Shown in pieces: positions 60,752 through 64,000 of a stretch of DNA of 64,000 nt (position 1 is the stretch's first letter; every line of letters begins with the position of its first letter). The notes under the pieces were generated by a model that was given only the letters and a program-made list of their open reading frames with translations, did not search any database and had not been told where the DNA came from. Source of the stretch: an uncultured Gammaproteobacteria bacterium. Lineage in GTDB: Bacteria; Pseudomonadota; Gammaproteobacteria; Steroidobacterales; Steroidobacteraceae. Made by a program: the position numbers and the translations under genes. Where the stretch lies: contig CAVXGV010000007.1 in assembly GCA_963761345.1 (NCBI GenBank), positions 115,346-179,345 on the forward strand, given 5' to 3'.

Positions 60752-61467
60752 CCTAAAAATTCGCAGTGACGATCGACGTGTGCGGCCAGGTCGAGAGTGT
60801 GCTGGCGGGTGAGGCGCTCCGCCTGTTCGGTATCCCGGCGCTCCAATGCCTCGATGATCTTCAAATGATCGATGATGGAGCGCGCCGCCCGATCGCTTTG
60901 GGTAATCGTCGCCCGGCGGATCGCTCGGACATGAAGCATCAGATTCTTGGTCGCATCGATGAGCATTTGCGAGTTGCCGAGGGCAATCACGGCGGTGTGA
61001 AAGGCGATGTTCGCATCCGAGTATTCGCACAAGTGTTCGGAGGGCGGAGAATTCTGGAACTCGTCGAACAGGTGGCGCAGCTTGGCAATCTCATCGTCCC
61101 CGGCGTGCAAGGTTGCAAGCCGGGCGGCCATGGACTCGAGGGCCGCCCACATTTGAATCATTTCGATCATCTCGCGCTTTGACTTGCGAATGATGTAGAT
61201 GCCGCGGCGCGGCACGGTACGAATGAATCCTTCCTGCTCCAGGAGCGACAGCGCTTCGCGGATGGGCGTTCGACTGACGCCCAGGGCGGTGGTCAGCTGG
61301 CGTTCATCGAGCCGCAATTCCTGCTGCGGATCGTAGATATCCGTGTCCGCAATGGCGGTCTTGAGCAGGGCATAGGCTTGATCGCGCAAGCTCGTGGCGT
61401 TCAACGGGGCAAGAGCCAGCGGTGTTGCCGAAGTAGTCCGTTGAACCAGCGTCACAATGGAATTCAT
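60748..61467 (-). CDS. GntR-family transcriptional regulator (FadR/FCD subfamily)
   Basis: 239 aa. The wHTH region is LDERQLTTALGVSRTPIREALSLLEQEGFIRTVPRRGIYI, with a helical C-terminal FCD-like domain. Its stop overlaps the convergent gene's stop by 4 nt. Confidence 0.88.
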   Translation of the reverse strand: MNSIVTLVQRTTSATPLALAPLNATSLRDQAYALLKTAIADTDIYDPQQELRLDERQLTTALGVSRTPIREALSLLEQEGFIRTVPRRGIYIIRKSKREMIEMIQMWAALESMAARLATLHAGDDEIAKLRHLFDEFQNSPPSEHLCEYSDANIAFHTAVIALGNSQMLIDATKNLMLHVRAIRRATITQSDRAARSIIDHLKIIEALERRDTEQAERLTRQHTLDLAAHVDRHCEFLG

Positions 61468-61752
61468 TAGACCTCTATTGAGATGTTCGCGGCCGTGTTG
61501 GTGGCAGATCGATCGATGCAGATCAGTCAGTCGCAGATATATTACATTGCAGCTGACATTTTCCCAGCGAATAAATGAGGTGACGGCACCAGGCGGACAC
61601 CTGCTGCACAGCGGAATTGACTCGCACCGACATTGTCAAATGCGGCGATTTCTCAACGCAGCATCGAGCCATGCCGCCATGGCGCGGTCGCCTTGATCGC
61701 AAACATTCCAAGCGCCGTCCCTTTGCTTGACACTCCGAAAGACGTTCATATA

Positions 61753-61762
61753 TGGTATACCA
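61753..61762. promoter_or_regulatory. Perfect 10-bp palindrome TGGTATACCA, candidate GntR/FadR-type operator
   Basis: It lies in the 448-bp divergent region between gntR and the MFS gene. It fits the GT-N-AC core described for FadR-subfamily GntR operators. Confidence 0.4.
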
Positions 61763-61915
61763 CGATAACGAGGCATGGCTGGTTTGTGTTCGAATTTAAT
61801 TATTCGGGCCTCGTTGTCAGGCAAATGGAAACTGACTAAATATAAGCACAGCTCGTTTCCGCCAAAGTATCACGCGAAATACTGCGTAACTTCGGCGCCA
61901 ACAGGAGAACTAAAA

Positions 61916-63217
61916 ATGATTAAAGATGAATCTGCCAAATCACCGATTGCGAATCCCTGGGTACAACTGGTCATCGGCGTCATATGCATGGCGGCGGTGG
62001 CGAATCTGCAATACGGCTGGACGCTGTTCGTCAACCCGATCGATGCGAAGTATCACTGGGGACGCGCCTCGATCCAGGTGGCCTTTACCTTGTTCGTGCT
62101 GATCGAGACGTGGCTGATCCCGGTGGAAGGGTATTTGGTGGATCGGTTCGGCCCGCGCTGGGTGGTGTTGGCAGGAGCGGTGTTGGTCGGCTCGGCCTGG
62201 GTGCTGAACTCCATGGCCAGCTCCTTGCCGATGCTGTATTTCGGCGCGGCCCTTGGGGGCATCGGCACGGGGTGCGTGTACGGGACGTGCGTGGGCAATG
62301 CGCTGAAGTGGTTTCCCGGCCGGCGCGGCTTGGCGGCGGGGATCACGGCGGCGGGCTTTGGGGCGGGAGCTGCGCTGACGATCGGGCCGATCGGGACGAT
62401 GATCAATGCATCCGGGTACGAGCAGGCATTTTTGGTCTTTGGCCTGATCCAAGGCGGGATCGTGTTCGTGATGGCGTGGCTGCTGTTGGTGCCCCCGGCG
62501 CAACTGGCCAATGTGGTGGTCAAGCCTACGCAGACCGCGCACGGCTACACCCCCGCGCAGGTGTTGAGGAGCCCGGTGTTCTACGTGCTGTACATCATGT
62601 TCGTGCTGATTGCCTCGGGCGGCTTGACGATGGCGGCCTCGATGGCGCCGATCGCCAAGGATTTGAAGATCGACAAGATACCGGTGGAATTATTCGGCAT
62701 GGCGATGCCGGCGTTGGGTTTTGCCTTGTTTTTGAATCGCATCTTCGACGGGGTAGGCAGGCCCTTCTTCGGCTGGCTGTCCGATCAGATCGGACGCGAG
62801 TACACCATGGCGTTGGCCTTCTTTGTCGGGGCGTGCGCACTGTTTACCTTGAGCCAAATCGGATCGAATCCGGTGACCTTTGTGCTGGTGACGGCGCTGT
62901 ATTTTGGGGTGTATGGGGAGATATTCAGTCTCTTTCCGGCCACCCAGGGCGACACCTTCGGCTCGAAGTACGCCGCGGCCAACGCCGGCATGCTCTACAC
63001 CGCCAAGGGGGCAGGCTCGCTGCTGGTGCCGGTCGCGGCGATCATTGCCAAGAATCACGGCTGGGGTGCAGTATTTACCGTCGGTATGAGCTGCAACATC
63101 ATTGCCGGGCTGCTGGCGCTGTTCGTACTGAGACCGATGCGCGTCAAGCACTTCGCCAAAAGCCGCCTCGATTTTCCCTCAGCGGCCCCGAGCGGCGCCG
63201 CGGCCCGAACCACCTGA
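61916..63217 (+). CDS. MFS transporter of the oxalate/formate antiporter (OFA) family
   Basis: The ATG at 61916 follows AGGAG. The N-terminus NPWVQLVIGVICMAAVANLQYGWTLFVNPI and LVDRFGPRW are typical of the OFA family. 433 aa. Confidence 0.8.
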   Translation: MIKDESAKSPIANPWVQLVIGVICMAAVANLQYGWTLFVNPIDAKYHWGRASIQVAFTLFVLIETWLIPVEGYLVDRFGPRWVVLAGAVLVGSAWVLNSMASSLPMLYFGAALGGIGTGCVYGTCVGNALKWFPGRRGLAAGITAAGFGAGAALTIGPIGTMINASGYEQAFLVFGLIQGGIVFVMAWLLLVPPAQLANVVVKPTQTAHGYTPAQVLRSPVFYVLYIMFVLIASGGLTMAASMAPIAKDLKIDKIPVELFGMAMPALGFALFLNRIFDGVGRPFFGWLSDQIGREYTMALAFFVGACALFTLSQIGSNPVTFVLVTALYFGVYGEIFSLFPATQGDTFGSKYAAANAGMLYTAKGAGSLLVPVAAIIAKNHGWGAVFTVGMSCNIIAGLLALFVLRPMRVKHFAKSRLDFPSAAPSGAAARTT

Positions 63218-63250
63218 AGGTTCAACACTATTCATGAATCTGGAGAGACA

Positions 63251-64000
63251 ATGGCAACGGTAAATCCCACATCGAGTCCGACCAAGGCCACGACGGCCGA
63301 GGATACCCTGCAACGCAAGAGCCGGGACGCCAGCGTAATCTCCGGCGGCCATTTGGTCGCGAAGGCGCTCAAGAACGAAGGTGTGGATACCATCTTCACG
63401 CTCTGCGGCGGGCACATCATCGACATCTACGATGGCTGCGTCGATGAAGGCATTCGCATCATCGATGTGCGCCACGAGCAAGTCGCGGCGCACGCGGCCG
63501 ATGGTTACGCGCGACAGACGGGCAAACTGGGCTGCGTCGTCACCACCGCAGGTCCCGGCTGCACCAACGCCGTCACCGGCGTTGCCACCGCGTTTCGATC
63601 GGAGAGTCCTATTCTTCATATCGGCGGCCAGGGCGCATTGACGCAGCACAAGATGGGATCGCTGCAGGATCTGCCGCATGTCGAGCTGATGACGCCGATC
63701 ACCAAGTTCGCCGCTTCCGTCTCGAGCACCGAACGCGTCGCGGATATGATTTCCATGGCGGCGCGCGAGGCGTTCAATGGCGCGACCGGACCGGTGTACC
63801 TGGAGATTCCGCGCGACGTTCTCGATCGCGAAGTGGACATCACCAAGGCCGTGGTTCCTCAGCCCGGCAAATATCGCGCATCGACCAAGTCGGCCGGCGA
63901 TCCGCGCGATATCGAGAAATTGGCGGATCTGCTCGTCAATGCCGAGCGGCCCGCCATTCTGTACGGGCAGCAGGTGTGGACCGCGCGCGGCCACAAAGAG
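63251..64000 (+). CDS. Thiamine-diphosphate-dependent enzyme (acetolactate synthase / oxalyl-CoA decarboxylase superfamily), 3' end outside the window
   Basis: This is my own translation from ATG 63251 (SD GGAGAG): ...GGHLVAKALKNEGVDTIFTLCGGHI...VRHEQVAAHAADGYARQTGKLGCVVTTAGPGCTNAVTG... The frame is open to the window end and is not in the ORF track because no stop is reached. Confidence 0.8.
   Translation, partial: MATVNPTSSPTKATTAEDTLQRKSRDASVISGGHLVAKALKNEGVDTIFTLCGGHIIDIYDGCVDEGIRIIDVRHEQVAAHAADGYARQTGKLGCVVTTAGPGCTNAVTGVATAFRSESPILHIGGQGALTQHKMGSLQDLPHVELMTPITKFAASVSSTERVADMISMAAREAFNGATGPVYLEIPRDVLDREVDITKAVVPQPGKYRASTKSAGDPRDIEKLADLLVNAERPAILYGQQVWTARGHKE

Overview
This is a 64-kb high-GC proteobacterial chromosomal segment (about 60-65 % GC by eye, not computed) with about 50 protein-coding genes. 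I recognise no rRNA, tRNA, CRISPR array, transposase or integrase. All family names come from motifs read in the translations; no database search was run.

Gene content, left to right:
1. Signalling operon (1-3687): Hanks-type Ser/Thr kinase, membrane-anchored CheA-like Hpt/HATPase kinase, CheY, CheX.
2. Divergent cluster of exported and membrane proteins of unknown function around a cytochrome c-PQQ dehydrogenase (3770-9517).
3. Large fatty-acid/acyl-CoA catabolic cluster (9638-22086): FadB-like enzyme, thiolase, an SDR + APH-kinase + ACAD10/11-like + acyl-CoA-ligase module, a quinone oxidoreductase and a pair of ACADs.
4. An MFS transporter and a TonB-dependent receptor.
5. An Lhr helicase.
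6. hipBA.
7. A four-gene mdtABC-type RND efflux operon with its own outer-membrane factor.
8. dsbA and a DUF1345-like membrane protein.
9. polB preceded by an SOS-box-like palindrome.
10. A small accessory-looking islet: XRE regulator, a 737-aa tandem AAA+ ATPase, and phd/vapC.
11. Housekeeping genes: amidohydrolase, Slt lytic transglycosylase, HemD-like protein, GNAT, YXWGXW repeat protein, ppc.
12. An orphan 560-aa zeta-toxin-like P-loop protein.
13. A GntR / oxalate-formate-type MFS / ThDP-enzyme module that runs off the right edge.

Most notable observations:
- At least seven, probably eight, single-nucleotide frame disruptions fall in otherwise conserved genes. This points to indel sequencing error or unusually heavy pseudogenisation.
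- The unusual CheA-like module.
- The XRE + tandem-AAA+ pair.
- The split ACAD10/11-like kinase/dehydrogenase module.
- Several operator-like palindromes and intergenic microsatellite arrays.
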